Source: an uncultured Actinomycetota bacterium (GTDB taxonomy: Bacteria > Actinomycetota > Actinomycetes > JACCUZ01). Taken from it: a DNA stretch of 64,000 bases. Within the stretch, counting starts at the first letter, position 1, and every line of letters begins with the position of its first letter. The translations under genes were made by a program, and so were the position numbers. Positions 9,987 through 22,299 of the stretch are shown piece by piece. The notes below the pieces were generated by a model. It did no database searches, had not been told where the DNA came from, and saw nothing but the letters and a program-made list of their open reading frames with translations. The DNA is taken from assembly GCA_963771345.1 (NCBI GenBank), contig CAVYTH010000018.1:7335-71334 (forward strand), written 5' to 3'.

Positions 9987-10933
9987 AGGCGGTGGTGGCC
10001 GCGGGCGCCGCCTCGCGGGCCTCGATCGCCTGCTGGTACAGCCGGCCGGCGCGGTACGACGAGCGCACCAGCGGGCCGGACATGACGCCGGCGAAGCCGA
10101 TCTCCTCGGCCTCGTCCTGCAGCTCGACGAACTCCTCGGGCTTGACCCAGCGCTCGACCGGGTGGTGGCGCTTCGAGGGCCGCAGGTACTGGGTGATCGT
10201 GATGAGCTCGCAGCCGGCGGCGTGCAGGTCGCGCAGCGCCTGGCTGACCTCGGCGCGCTCCTCGCCCATGCCGAGGATCAGGTTGGACTTGGTGACCAGG
10301 CCGAAGTCGCGGGCCTGGGTGATGACGTCCAGGGACCGCTCGTAGGTGAACGCCGGGCGGATCCGCCGGAAGATCCGCGGGACCGTCTCGACGTTGTGCG
10401 CCAGCACCTCGGGGCGGCGACTCGAACACCTCGGCCAGCAGGTCGGGCTCGCCGTTGAAGTCGGGGATCAGGTTCTCGACGCCGGTGCCGGGGTTGAGGG
10501 CGTGGATCTGCTTGACCGTCTCGGCGTACAGCCAGGCGCCGCCGTCGGGCAGGTCGTCGCGGGCGACGCCGGTGATGGTCGCGTAGCGCAGGCCCATCGC
10601 CTGCACCGACTCGGCGACCCGGCGCGGCTCGTCACGGTCCAGCGGCTCGGGCTTGCCGGTGTCGATCTGGCAGAAGTCGCAGCGCCGGGTGCACTGGTCG
10701 CCGCCGATGAGGAAGGTGGCCTCGCGGTCCTCCCAGCACTCGAAGATGTTGGGGCAGCCGGCCGCCTCGCACACCGTGTGCAGACCCTCGCGCTTCACCA
10801 GCGACTTGAGCTCGGTGTACTCCGGCCCCATCGTGGCGCGGGTCTTGATCCAGGACGGCTTCTTCTCGATCGGGGTCTCCGCGTTGCGGACCTCGAGTCG
10901 CAGCAGCTTGCGGCCCTCCGGAGCGATCGTCAC
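9967..10933 (-). CDS. lipA: Lipoyl synthase (one frameshift near 10415)
   Basis: [22 protein letters not shown] radical-SAM motif, LVRSSY. Confidence 0.96.
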
Positions 10934-10957
10934 GCCGTCCAGGGTACGTCGTCGTGC

Positions 10958-11589
10958 TCAGCCGGCGCGGAGCACCTCGGCCAGCCGCTTCTCGACGTAC
11001 GGCGTGGCCTCGGCGACCGTGACCTCGCGGCCGGTCTCCTTGCTAGCGAGGTGACGCTGGCGTCGGTGATGCCGCACGGCACGATCCGGTCGAACCAGGT
11101 GAGGTCGCAGTCGCAGTTCAGCGCGAAGCCGTGCATGGTGACGCCCTGCGAGACCCGGATGCCGATCGCGGCGACCTTGCGGTCCTGCCCGCCGTCGGTG
11201 CCCGGGACCCAGACCCCGGACCGGCCCTCGACCCGGGTCGCCTCGACGCCCAGGTCGGCGCAGGCGAGGATCAGCGCCGCCTCGACGCGGCGTACGTGGG
11301 CGACCACGTCGACCGGGTCGGGCAGGGCGAGGATCGGGTAGCCGACCAGCTGGCCGGGCCCGTGCCAGGTGATCTTCCCGCCGCGGTCGACGTCGATCAC
11401 CGGGGTGCCGTCGACGGGCCGCTCGAGGTCGAGGGTGCGCTTGCCGGCGGTGTAGACCGGCGGGTGCTCCAGCAGGAGCACGGTGTCGGGCTCGGTGCCG
11501 GCCACTACGCCGGCGTGGACGCGCCGCTGCTCGGCCCAGGCCTGCTCGTACGGCACCAGGCCCGCGTGGACCATCCGCAGCTCGCTCAC
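10958..11589 (-). CDS. lipB: Lipoyl(octanoyl) transferase (frameshift near 11043)
   Basis: [42 protein letters not shown]. Confidence 0.96.
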
Positions 11590-11617
11590 CTGGCCAGGGT
11601 ACGCAAGACTCCGGAGG

Positions 11618-12671
11618 ATGAGTGAGCTGCGCGTTGCCCTGGTCGGCTACGGCATGGCGGGCCAGGAGTTCCACGCCCCGCTGATCCGGCAGGTGGACGG
11701 GCTGCGGGTGAGCCACGTCGTCACCAGCAACGCCGAGCGGGCCGAGACCGCCCGGGCCGAGAACCCCGGTGTTCGGGTGGTCGCGACCGCCGACGAGCTG
11801 TGGCCGCTCACCGACGAGGTCGACCTCGTGGTGCTCGCGTCGCCGACCGGCGTGCACGCGGCGCAGGCGGCCGAGGCGGTACGCCGGGACACCGCCGTCG
11901 TGGTCGACAAGCCGTTCACCGTGACCGGCGCCGACGCCCGTGAGGTGGCTGCGCTGGCGGCGTCCCGGGGAGTGCTGCTCACGGTCTTCCAGAACCGGCG
12001 CTTCTACCCCGACCACACCACCGCGCGGGCGGTGCTGTCGTCCGGCGCGCTCGGCGAGGTCGTGCGGTACGAGGCCCGCTACGAGCGGTGGCGGCCGGTG
12101 CCGAAGGAGCGGTGGCGCGAGCAGTCGACCAGCGAGGAGGGCGGTGGCGTGCTGATGGACCTGCAGCCGCACGTCGTCGACGGCGCCCTCGACCTGTTCG
12201 GCCCGGCCGCGTCGGTCTACGCCGAGCTCGCGGCGCTCACCACCGTCGGTGACGACGTGACGTTCCTCGCCGCTGCACCACGTGTCCGGGGTCGTCAGCC
12301 ACCTGGGCGCGACCTCGCTCGCCGGGGCGCCGGGGCCGCGGACCCGGCTGCTGGGCCGGGAGGCGACCTACCTGGTCGCGGACGTCGACGGCGACCCCAC
12401 GGCGTACTCAGCGTGGCTGGACAAGGACGACGACCACCGCGGCTGGCTGGTGCGCGGCGAGGAGGCCGAGCCGGTGCCGAAGGCGCCGGGGGAGCCGGCC
12501 GACTTCTACGCCGGGGTGCGCGACGCGCTGCTCACCGGCGCGGCCCCGCCGGTGCTCGCCGAGGAGGCGGTGGCCGTCATCGAGGTGCTCGACGCCGCGC
12601 GCCGGTCGGCCCGCGACAATGTCGTCGTGAGTCTTAGTCGTCGTCACCCTGTCGGCGTCGTCAGCCGGTGA
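11618..12671 (+). CDS. Gfo/Idh/MocA oxidoreductase (frameshift near 12270)
   Basis: [38 protein letters not shown]. Confidence 0.9.
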
Positions 12672-13384
12672 GCAGGCGGGGCTCGATGCCGGGTCTCGAC
12701 GGCCGTGCCGTCCGGGCCGCGCTCGACGACGTACGCCGCGGCGTCCGGCCGGTCGGACACCGCCTCGACCAGCTCGCTGCCCTCGTAGACCAGCCCGACG
12801 CCGTCGTCGGTGGCGTGCGAGGTCGGCAGCGTCTGCTCGGCCACCAGCTTGTGCAGCAGCGGCCGGCGCTGCTCCTCGCTGTCGTAGTGGACGCCGTTGC
12901 CGTAGGGGAGCAGCGCGAGGCCGTCGAGCACCGGGCGCAGGTCGCGGCCGAAGCTGTCGGTCGGGCCGCCGACGTACCAGCAGATCGAGCCGGCTGACAC
13001 GCCGCCGAGGACGACGCCCTCCTCCCAGCACTCGCGCATGACCTCGTGCAGGCCGTGGGTGCGCCAGACCGCGAGCAGGTTGGCGACCGAGCCGCCACCG
13101 ACCCAGATCACGTCCTGCGCGAGCAGGTGGGCCCTGATGTCGGGCACGTTCGGCATCGAGAACAGCTCGAGGTGCGTGGCCCGCACGTCGGACCCGGCGA
13201 AGGCGCGGTAGACGCCGGCGGTGCCGAGGATGTTGTCGCCGCCCGCCGTGCCGAGGTAGCAGAACTTCGGGCGCTCGGGATTGCCGGCCAGCTCGAAGGC
13301 GTGCTCGATCAGCGGTCCGCGCTGCCACTGGTAGGGGCCGAGGTCGGTGGGCAGGAAGCCGCCTGAGGTCGCGAGGATCTTCAC
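12661..13384 (-). CDS. Peptidase E (S51 family)
   Basis: ILATSGGF, IWVGGGSVANLL, GVSAGSICW nucleophile, GVHYD. Confidence 0.9.
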
Positions 13385-13454
13385 GCAGCCGACCCTACGC
13401 GGGGCTGTGGACAACGGGCACGGTGGATCTCGGCGTCTGCGGCAGGCTCGTCCC

Positions 13455-14982
13455 ATGACCGAGATGCAGCTCCCCGGCTTCGACGTCGTCGAGCTGCTCG
13501 GCTTCGGCTCGAGCGGCGAGGTGTGGCTGGCGCGCGAGCGGGCCACCGGGGTGCCGGTCGCGCTCAAGCGGCTGCGGGCCGGCGCCGACCTGGCCGCCCG
13601 CGACCGGTTGCGCCGCGAGGCGGCCGTCCTCGCCGGGGTGGATCATCCGCACGTCGTGCGGCTGCGGGGGCTGCACGGCGACGGCGACGCCCTGGTGCTG
13701 GTGCTCGACCTCGCCGCGCGCGGCAGCCTGGCCCGGCTGCTGGCGACTCGTCGCCAGCTCTCCGCCGCCGAGGTGGTGACGATCGCGGTGCCGCTGGCCC
13801 AGGCGCTGGCAGCGGTGCACGCCCAGGGGCTGGTGCACGGCGACGTGACTCCGGCCAACGTCCTGTTCGCCGCTGACGGCCGCCCGATGCTCAGCGACCT
13901 GGGCATCGCCCGCCTGCTCGGCTCGCCGGCCGCGGAGGTCGGCGGCACCGGCGGCTTCCTCGACCCGGCCGGCGCCGGCACAGGGTCACCCGGCCCGGCG
14001 AGCGACGTGCACGGGCTGGCGGCGACCTGCCTGGCCGCCCTCGCCGGTCGACCGGCGTACGACGAGCTGGGCGCCCGGCTGCAGGTCCCGCCCGGCACGC
14101 CGCCGGCGCTGGCCGACGCCCTGGAGCGGGCCCTCGCGCCCGGCCCGTCCGACCGGCCGACCGCCGAGGAGTTCGCGCTGGCCGTCTTCGACAGCGGGCC
14201 GGCGGAGCCGGTCGGCTTCGACGCGTCGGTGTCCGGGGGGCCGGGTCTGGTGCCGGGTGCGGTGTCGGTGGCGGCGGTCGCGGTGCCGCCGACCCATCAG
14301 GCGGCTGTGCGGTCGGTGGTGGACGAACCGGCGTCGCCGGCAGCGGCGCGGTCGCGACGGTTGCCGCGGCGGCCCGGGCGGTTGCCGCGGGTGCCCGGAC
14401 GAGCGGTCGCCGGCGCGGCGGCAGCAGCCCTGGTGGTCGGCCTCGCGGTGCTGGCCGGGGTCACCTGGTCCGCGGCGGACAGGACGCCGGTTGCGGCCGG
14501 CAGGTCGTCCGACCGGGAGGTCCGGGCCGACTCCGCGCCGAGCACTCCGGCGCGGAGCGGCCGCCCGGCCGCACAGCCGGCAGCAGACCCGGCCGCTGCG
14601 CAGTCGGAGTGGGCCGGCACCCTCGCGGCGCTGGACGCCGACCGGTCCCGCGCATTCGCCGCCGGCGACCCGGAGCGGCTCCGCACGGTCTATGCCAGCG
14701 ATGCCCCGGCGCTGCACCGCGACACGGCCGTGCTGCGCCGGCTGACCGCTGCCGGGCTGCGGGCGGAGGGGCTGCGGCTGGCGGCGACCGAGGTCGTGGT
14801 GGCCGGGCGCTCCGCCGGCGCAGGTGCGGCTGGCCGTCACCGACGTGATGCCGGCGTACCGCATCGTCGACGAGGGGGGCACCGTCGTGGAGCGCCGGCC
14901 CGGCCGCGGGACCCGGTCGTGGACGGTCGTGCTGGCGCGCGACGGTGAGCGCTGGCGGGTCTACGACGTGGTGCGGGGGTGA
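13455..14982 (+). CDS. Ser/Thr protein kinase-like protein with TM helix and extracellular domain (frameshift near 14820)
   Basis: LGFGSSGEVW, VALK, HGDVTPANV, SDLG, SDVHGL; TM segment AAALVVGLAVLAGV. Confidence 0.85.
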
Positions 14983-15873
14983 GCCTGGGCGAGCACGTCA
15001 CGGAGGGCAGGCTCGAAGCTCGGATGGGCGAACGAGAACCCGGCGTCGAGCAGCCGTCGGGGCACGACCCGCTGGCCGCCGAGCAGGTCCTTGCCGAAGT
15101 CGCCGAAGGCCAGGCGCACGCCGAAGGCGGGAGCCACCATGATCGTGGGCCGGTGCAGCACGCGGCCCATGGCCGCCGTCATGTCTGCGTTGGTCAACGG
15201 CTCCGGGGCGCAGACGTTCACCGAGCCCGAGATGTCGTCGCGCTCGACGAGGAAGCGCACCGCCCGGACGTAGTCGTGACAGCGCCACCCAGCTGAACCA
15301 CTGGCGGCCGGACCCGATGCGCCCGCCGATGCCGCACCGGAAGATCGGCAGCAGCCGACGGCCGAAAGCACCGCCCTTGGCCGTCACCACGACACCGGTC
15401 CGCATCGGCACCACCCGCGCGCCGCCGTCGCGCGCCGGAGCCGGTCGACGCCTCCCATCGGCGCGCGACCTCGGCCATGAAGCCGGACCCTGCCGGGGCC
15501 GACTCGTCGAGCTCCGCGTCGCCCGGGTTGCCGTAGTACCCGGTTCCCGAGGCGGACAGCAGGCGCGGGACCCCGGCGTCGGTCACCGCGCGCGACGATC
15601 GTCGTGGTCCCGACACCCGGCTGTCCATGACGGCCCTCGCGTGGGCGGGGGTCCACGGCCGGGAGCCCGGGGTCTCGCCCGGCGAGATGGATCACCGAGG
15701 TCGCCCCCTTGCAGCGCCGCGCGGTCGACGGTGCCCTCCGGGTCCCACCGAGCCTCGTCGGGCGCCTTCGGGGTCCGGCGCACGAGCCGGACGATCTCGT
15801 GCCCGTCCGCGGTGAACGACCGCGCCAGGGCCTGACCGAGCGGACCGGAGGCACCGGTGAGGACGACCTTCAT
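14961..15873 (-). CDS. TIGR01777-family epimerase/oxidoreductase (multiple frameshifts)
   Basis: MKVVLTGASG, LLSASGTGYYG, MRTGVV, GSGRQWFSWV, GQRVVPRRLLDAGF; conserved downstream of sucB. Confidence 0.88.
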
Positions 15874-15913
15874 GTGGACGGGTTCCGTCGGGATCGGCCG
15901 ACCGGATGCGTGA

Positions 15914-17885
15914 TCAGAGGCCGAGGTCGGACTCGAACGCGCCTTCTTCGAGCCGCGCCTTGATCGTGGTGAGGAACCGGGCCGCGTCGGCGCCGTCGAC
16001 GATCCGGTGGTCGTAGGACAGGGCGAGGTAGCACATCGAGCGGATCGCGATCGTCTCGCCGAGGTCGTCGTCGTCGACCACGACGGCCCGCTTGACGACG
16101 GCGCCGGTGCCGAGGATGCCGACCTGCGGCTGGTTGATGATCGGGGTGTCGAACAGCGCGCCGCGGCTGCCGGTGTTGGTCAGCGTGAACGTGCCGCCGC
16201 CGAGCTCGTCCGGCGTGATCTTGTTGTTCCGGGTGCGCTCCGCCAGGTCGGCGATCTTGCGGGCCATGCCGGCGATGTTGAGGTCGCCGGCGTCCTTGAC
16301 GACCGGCACGAGCAGGCCGCGCTCGGTGTCGACGGCGACGCCGAGGTGCTCGGCGTCGTGGTAGGTGATCTCGCCCTTGTCGGTGTCGATGCTGGCGTTG
16401 ACCATCGGGTGCGCCTTGAGCGCCTCGACGGTCGCCTTGGCGAAGAACGGCAGGAACGACAGCTTGACGCCCTCGCGGGCCTCGAAGTCGGCCTTGGCCC
16501 GCTGGCGCAGCCGGGCGATCTTGGTGAGGTCGACCTCGACCACGGTCGTGAGCTGGGCCGACACCTGCAGCGACTCGACCATCCGCGCGGCGATGACCTT
16601 GCGCAGCCGGGACATCTTCTCGGTGGTGCCGCGCAGCGGCGACGCCGCGGGCGTCGTGGTGGCCGCGCCACCGGCGGCGGCTGGCGGCCGGCGCCTGCCT
16701 GCGCGGGGGCGGCCTTGGCCGCGGCCGCGGCCTCCAGCACGTCCTGCTTGCGGATGCGGCCGCCGACGCCGGTGCCGCGCAGCGTCGAGAGGTCGACGCC
16801 GTGCTCGGTCGGCCAGCTTGCGGACCAGCGGCGTGACGTACGCCGAGTCGCCGCCGCCCTGGTCGCCGGCCGGCCGCGGCACCTGCTCCTGGGCCGGGGT
16901 CGCCGACGCCGGCTGGGCCTTGGGTGCGACCTGCTGGGCGGGCGCCTGCTGCTGGGCCGGGGCTGCTGCTGGGCGGCGGCTGGGCGGCCTCCTGCTGGGG
17001 GGCAGCCTGCTGCTGGCGGTGCCGGCGCCTGCTGCGGTGCGGAGATCAGGGATGCCGGCGCGGCCTGCTCCTGCGGCGCGGCTCCTCCTGCTGCTGGGCT
17101 GCTCCTGCTGCTGCTGGCTGCGCTGGCTCCTGCTGCGGCTGCTGCCGGCTGCTCGCTGCTGGCCGCCGCCCGAGCCGCCGCCGATGACGGCCAGCTCGGC
17201 GCCGACCGCGACGGTCTCGTCCTCGCCGACGACGATCTTGGTGCAGCACGCCGGCGGCGGGGGACGGGATCTCGGTGTCGACCTTGTCGGTGGAGACCTC
17301 GAGCAGCGGCTCGTCGGCGTCGACCTGGTCGCCCTCCTGCTTGAGCCACCGGGTGACGGTGCCCTCGGTCACGCTCTCGCCCAGCGCCGGCATGGTCACC
17401 GACGTGCCGCCGCCGCCGCCGCCAGCCGCCGCTGTCGCCACCGGACTGCTGCCGGCGGGCTGCTCGGCTGCTGCTGCTGCGGGCTGCTGCCTGCGGCGCG
17501 GCCTGCTGCTGCTGCTGCTGCTCGGCTGCTCGGCGCTGCTGCTGGCCTGCTGCTGCTCCTGCGCGGGTGCCTGCTGCTGCTGCTCCTGCTGGGCCGGCTG
17601 CTGCTGCGTCCTGCTGCTGCGCCGCCGTCCGAGCCGCCGCCGTCGCCGTCGCCGCCGATGACGGCCAGCTCGGCGCCGACCGCGACGGTCTCGTCCTCGC
17701 CGACGACGATCTTGGTGCAGCACGCCGGAGGCGGGGGACGGGATCTCGGTGTCGACCTTGTCGGTGGAGACCTCGAGCAGCGGCTCGTCGGCGTTGACCT
17801 GGTCGCCCTCCTGCTTGAGCCACCGGGTGACGGTGCCCTCGGTCACGCTCTCGCCGAGCGCCGGCATGGTCACCGAGATCGACAT
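15914..17885 (-). CDS. sucB: 2-oxoacid dehydrogenase E2, two lipoyl domains (frameshifted)
   Basis: Two [12 protein letters not shown]...[13 protein letters not shown] domains, [10 protein letters not shown] binding domain, SYDHRIVDG active site. Confidence 0.95.
17177..17876. repeat. Near-identical 226-bp direct repeat (two lipoyl domains, 17177-17402 and 17651-17876) with CAG/Gln-rich linkers
   Basis: The copies align at an offset of 474 bp with few mismatches. Confidence 0.9.
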
Positions 17886-17928
17886 CTGCTCTCGTTCTCC
17901 TTCAGGTGGGCGGGGAGACGTGGGTGGG

Positions 17929-19326
17929 TCAGCCGTGCGCGTGCAGGGGCTTGCCGGCCAGCGCGAGGTGCGCCTCGCCGACGGCCTCGGTCTGGGTGGG
18001 GTGGGCGTGGATCAGGCTGGCGACGTCGTCCGGGTACGCCTCCCAGTTGTAGATCAGCTGGGCCTCGGCGACCAGCTCGCCGACCCGGCTGCCGACCATG
18101 TGGACGCCGACGACCGGGCCGTCCTTCTGGCGGACCAGCTTGACGAAGCCCGCGGTCTTGAGGATCTGGCTCTTGCCGTTGCCGGCGAGGTCGTAGGTGA
18201 CGCGTCTCGACGCCGTCGTCGCCGTACTTCTCCTTGGCCCGCGCCTCGGTGATGCCCGACCGAGGCGACCTCGGGCTCGGAGTAGGTGACCCGCGGGACG
18301 CCGTCGTAGTCGATCGGCGCCGGGTCGAGGCCGGCGAGCCGCTCGGCGACCAGGATGCCCTCGCCGAAGCCGACGTGCGCGAGCTGCAGGGTCGGGATGA
18401 GGTCGCCGACGGCGGAGATCGTCGGCGACGCTGGTCTGGCAGTGCTCGTCGACCTTGACGAAGCCGCGCTCCATCTCGACGCCGACCTGCTCGTAGCCGA
18501 GCTCCTGGGAGACCGGCCCGCGGCCGACGGCGACCAGCAGCAGGTCGGCCTCGATGGTCTTGCCGTTCTCCAGCGAGACCTTGACGCCGTTCTCGGTCTT
18601 CTCGACGCCGGCGAACCGCGCGCCCAGCTCGAAGCTGATCTTGCGCTTGCGGAACGCGCGCTCGAGCGGCTTGGACGCTGCCTCGTCCTCGAGCGGGCAC
18701 CAGGTGGGGCAGGGCCTCGACGATGGTGACCTCGGCGCCGAAGGACCGCCAGACGCTGGCGAACTCGCAGCCGATGACGCCGCCGCCGAGCACGACGACC
18801 GACGTCGGGACGCGAGTCCAGCTTGCAGCGCGTGGTCGCTGGTGATGATCACGCTCGCCGTCGATGCTCCAGGCCGGGCAGCGACTTGGGCACCGAGCCG
18901 GTGGCCAGCACGACGTGGCGGCCCTCGTAGCGCTGCCCGTCGACCTCGACCGTGGTCGGGCTGACCAGCCGGCCGATGCCCTCGACGTAGGTGATCTTGC
19001 GGCTCTTCACCAGGCCCTGCAGGCCCTTGTAGAGCCGGGCGACGACGCCGTCCTTGTACGCGTTGACGGCCGGCATGTCGATGCCCTCGAACGTGGCGCG
19101 GACGCCGAACTGCTCGCTCTCGCGGGACGGAGTCGGCGACCTCGGCGGCGTGCAGCAGCGCCTTGGTCGGGATGCAGCCGCGGTGCAGGCAGGTGCCGCC
19201 GAGCTTGCCCTTCTCGACCAGGGCCACCGTCAGGCCGAGCTGGGCGGCCCGCAGGGCGCAGGCGTAGCCGCCGCTGCCGCCGCCGAGGATGACGACGTCG
19301 TACACGGTGCCGGCGTTGTCCGCCAC
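17929..19326 (-). CDS. lpdA: Dihydrolipoyl dehydrogenase (frameshifted)
   Basis: [39 protein letters not shown]. Confidence 0.95.
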   Translation of the reverse strand: MADNAGTVYDVVILGGGSGGYACALRAAQLGLTVALVEKGKLGGTCLHRGCIPTKALLHAAEVADSVPRERAVRRPRHVRGHRHAGRQRVQGRRRRPALQGPAGPGEEPQDHLRRGHRPAGQPDHGRGRRAALRGPPRRAGHRLGAQVAARPGASTASVIITSDHALQAGLASRRRSSCSAAASSAASSPASGGPSAPRSPSSRPCPTWCPLEDEAASKPLERAFRKRKISFELGARFAGVEKTENGVKVSLENGKTIEADLLLVAVGRGPVSQELGYEQVGVEMERGFVKVDEHCQTSVADDLRRRRPHPDPAARARRLRRGHPGRRAARRPRPGADRLRRRPAGHLLRARGRLGRASPRRGPRRSTATTASRRVTYDLAGNGKSQILKTAGFVKLVRQKDGPVVGVHMVGSRVGELVAEAQLIYNWEAYPDDVASLIHAHPTQTEAVGEAHLALAGKPLHAHG

Positions 19327-19499
19327 GGAGCACTCCTCGCGATCTGCGTAGCCGGGTCCGGGTAGGACCCTTCTGACAGGCTCATCCTGTCACCGCGGGG
19401 CGCCCTCGCGGGCAAGCGGGTCCGGGCGGACCCGGCGGAACCAACGGCTGGTGCCCTACCGTTACGGAGCGAAACGGCGACGAGGCGGCAGGAGGTCCA

Positions 19500-19872
19500 G
19501 TGCGACTGTTCCGCAGACGCACCCGGCCCGGCGTCCAGCGCCAGGCCGACAGCGCCGACACCGCGCACCTCGAGCCAGTTCGCCGGCAGCCACACCGGCG
19601 TCGAGGCCTTCGTCGAGCCGCCGACCGCCGTCTCGACCACGACCGTCGTGTTCGTCGCCAACACGGGGGAGTGGACCCGGCGCCGGGTCCGCGACGCCCG
19701 GGCCGCGCACGAGCTCGCCAACAGGCTGGGCATCCCGTCGTACGACGCGGCCGTGGTCGGCTACCCGCAGCGGATGCGGGACTGGAACGCACGACGCGCC
19801 GCCCGAGACGAGTCGGGCGGCGCGTCCGGCGTAGCTCGGACGGGCAGCGGGAGGCTGCCGCGTGCCGACTAG
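19500..19872 (+). CDS. Conserved actinobacterial small protein (often auto-annotated 'oxidoreductase'), frameshifted
   Basis: GVEAFVEP...GEWTRRRV...[17 protein letters not shown]; AGGAGG RBS; conserved between pepA and lpdA. Confidence 0.8.
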
Positions 19873-20491
19873 TTGCCTTCGTTCTTGCCGGCCTTGGTGG
19901 CGGCCGGCCGGTTGCCTTCCTTCTTCTTCGCGGTCGTGGTCGGCCTTTGCCTTCTTGTGGCTTCTTGCCTTCTTCGGCCTTCTCGGCTTGGCGGCTTCTC
20001 GGCCTCGTCGGCCTGGCCTTCTCGGCCTTCGCTGCCTTGCCGCAGTCGGAGTGGGCGGCCGCGCTGACCAGGGCGCCGTGGTCCGGCATCCCCTTGGTCG
20101 CGTGCGCGACGTAGGAGACGTAGGCACCGTGGTTGGCCGCAGCCGCGCACGCTGCCGGGTCGAACAGCACGGCCGGCAGCGCAGCCGGATCCGGTGGCCT
20201 CGTCGGGGCCTTGGCCTTCGGGGCCTTGACCTTCGTCGGCCTGGACCTTGGCGGCGTCCTTGTCCGTCGTCCTCGGCGGCCGTCGTCGTCCTCGGTCATC
20301 GTCGCCTCGCCCTGGTCGTCGCCGGGCTCGAGGGTCGAGGCGACCGACGCTCGGGTCGGCGGTGGGGGTCGAGTCGGCCACGGTGGCGACCGCGGCGACG
20401 GCGCCGCCGACCCCGAGCAGCGCAGCGGCGACCGCGATGGCAGGCCATCCGCAGGTGGCCGGCCAGCGGCGATGGCGAAAGTGGTGAGCAC
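19869..20491 (-). CDS. Secreted hypothetical protein with duplicated (N/D)HGxxVS motif and Lys-rich tail (frameshifted)
   Basis: GGAGG RBS + GTG, hydrophobic N-terminus, [16 protein letters not shown]...[16 protein letters not shown]. Confidence 0.65.
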
Positions 20492-20643
20492 GAGGATCCT
20501 CCGGGTACGGCGACGGGCGCGCGGCCGGCCGGGCGGCCGTGCACACCTGCCCATCGCCACCGGTCGAGGCTCCGTTACCGTCTGCGACCGCCTGGTCACC
20601 CGTTCGGCGGCACGCCGTGCCCGATCTGCCGCCGTGGTCCGGC

Positions 20644-22187
20644 TCAGGCCTTGAGCCCCCGGCGGCGAGGTCCTCGGCGAGCCGCACCAGGGTGCGCACC
20701 GCGTGACCGGTGCCGCCCTTGGACGTGTAGCCGTGCGGCGTCGCGTCGTTGTACGCCGGCCCGGCGATGTCCAGGTGCGCCCAGCGGAGGCCCTCGGCGA
20801 CGAACTCCTTGAGGAACAGCCCGGCCACCAGCATGCCGCCGTACTTGTCGCCCATGTTCGCGATGTCGGCCACCGTCGACTCCATCGAGGCGCGCAGCTC
20901 GACCGGCAGCGGCATCGGCCACATCTGCTCGCCCGCGGCGCCCGCGGCGGCCAGCGATCGCCGCCCGCAGGTCGTCGTCGTTCGACATCACGGCCGACGT
21001 CCGGCTGCCGAGCGCCACCAGCTGCGCGCCGGTCAGCGTGGCGACGTCGATCGAGCACGTCGGGCTTGTCCTCGCTGGCCCGCACGATGCCGTCGGCGAG
21101 CACCAGCCGGCCCTCGGCGTCGGTGTTGAGCACCTCGACGGTCTTGCCGCCGTAGATCGTGAGCACGTCGGACGGGCGCTGGGCGGTGCCCGGACGGCAT
21201 GTTCTCGGCCATCGGCGCCCAGCGCGGTGACGTTGACGTCCAGCCCGAGCCGGGCGATCGCGGTGATCGCCGCGATGATCGCCGCGGCGCCGCCCATGTC
21301 GGACTTCATCCACTCCATCGCCGCCGACGGCTTGAGCGACAGGCCGCCGGAGTCGAACGTGATGCCCTTGCCGACCAGCGCCAGGTGCGCTCGCGCCGCG
21401 GCCGCCCTTGTAGGTCAGCTTGCACCAGGCGCGGCGGCCGGGACGAGCCCTGCCCGACGCCGAGGATGCCGCCGTACCCGCCCTTCTTCAGCGCCTTCTC
21501 GTCGAGCACCTCGACCGTGACCCCGGCCGCCTTGGCCGCGGCGACCGCCTCGGTCGCGAACGTCGGCCGGCGGCAGGTCGGCGGGCGGGATGTTGACCCA
21601 GTCCCGGGCGAGGTGCACGGCCTCGACCACGGTGTGCGCGCGGGCGACGGCGGCCTTGACGGCCTTGTCCCGGCCGGAGCCGCTGACCAGGCGTGAACGA
21701 CTCGACCGGCGGCTTGATGCGCTCCGTGCTCGTGACGCGGTAGCGCCGGAACGCGTAGGCCCCGAGCAGCGCGCCCTCGACGACCGCCGCGGCGTCCTCG
21801 CGGCGTCTCCGGCGGGCAGCGCGAGCCCGACCTTGCCGTGGCCGGCCAGCGCGCGGGCGGCGGCGCCGGCCGCGCGGCGGAGCACCTCGTGCGTCGTACG
21901 TCGGCGCTGCCCTTGCGGCCGCGACTCGACGGCCTTGCCCACGCACGACCGCGAGGACCACCGGCGCGGTGGTCGCGCCGAGGGAGGACAGCTTGGTGAC
22001 CTCGTTGGGCTGCCCGGTGTTGCCGAGCGCCGCGACGGTCGCCGGCGAGGCGGCCCTTGAACGCCTTGTCGACCTCCTCCGCGCCGGGGAGCAGCACGAA
22101 GCCGGAGCCCTTCTTGGCGACGCCGACGACGAGGGCGTCGACCTTGAGGGTGGCGGGCTTGCTGGTGCTGAGTGTGACCGTGGCCAA
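20644..22187 (-). CDS. pepA: Leucyl aminopeptidase (M17), frameshifted
   Basis: [45 protein letters not shown]; TTG start. Confidence 0.95.
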
Positions 22188-22299
22188 GGTGTTGCCGTCC
22201 TGTTCGCAAGAGGTCGGGCTCGGATGGGTCGAAACGCGGGCATCGGCTCGACGGTCGCGACCGATGACGCGACGCAGTCGCGATGCTAGCGTCCGCCCG

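Noticed and set aside
16900-17640. CTG/CAG runs as a non-coding microsatellite or contingency locus
   Set aside because: They encode the Gln/Ala linkers of E2
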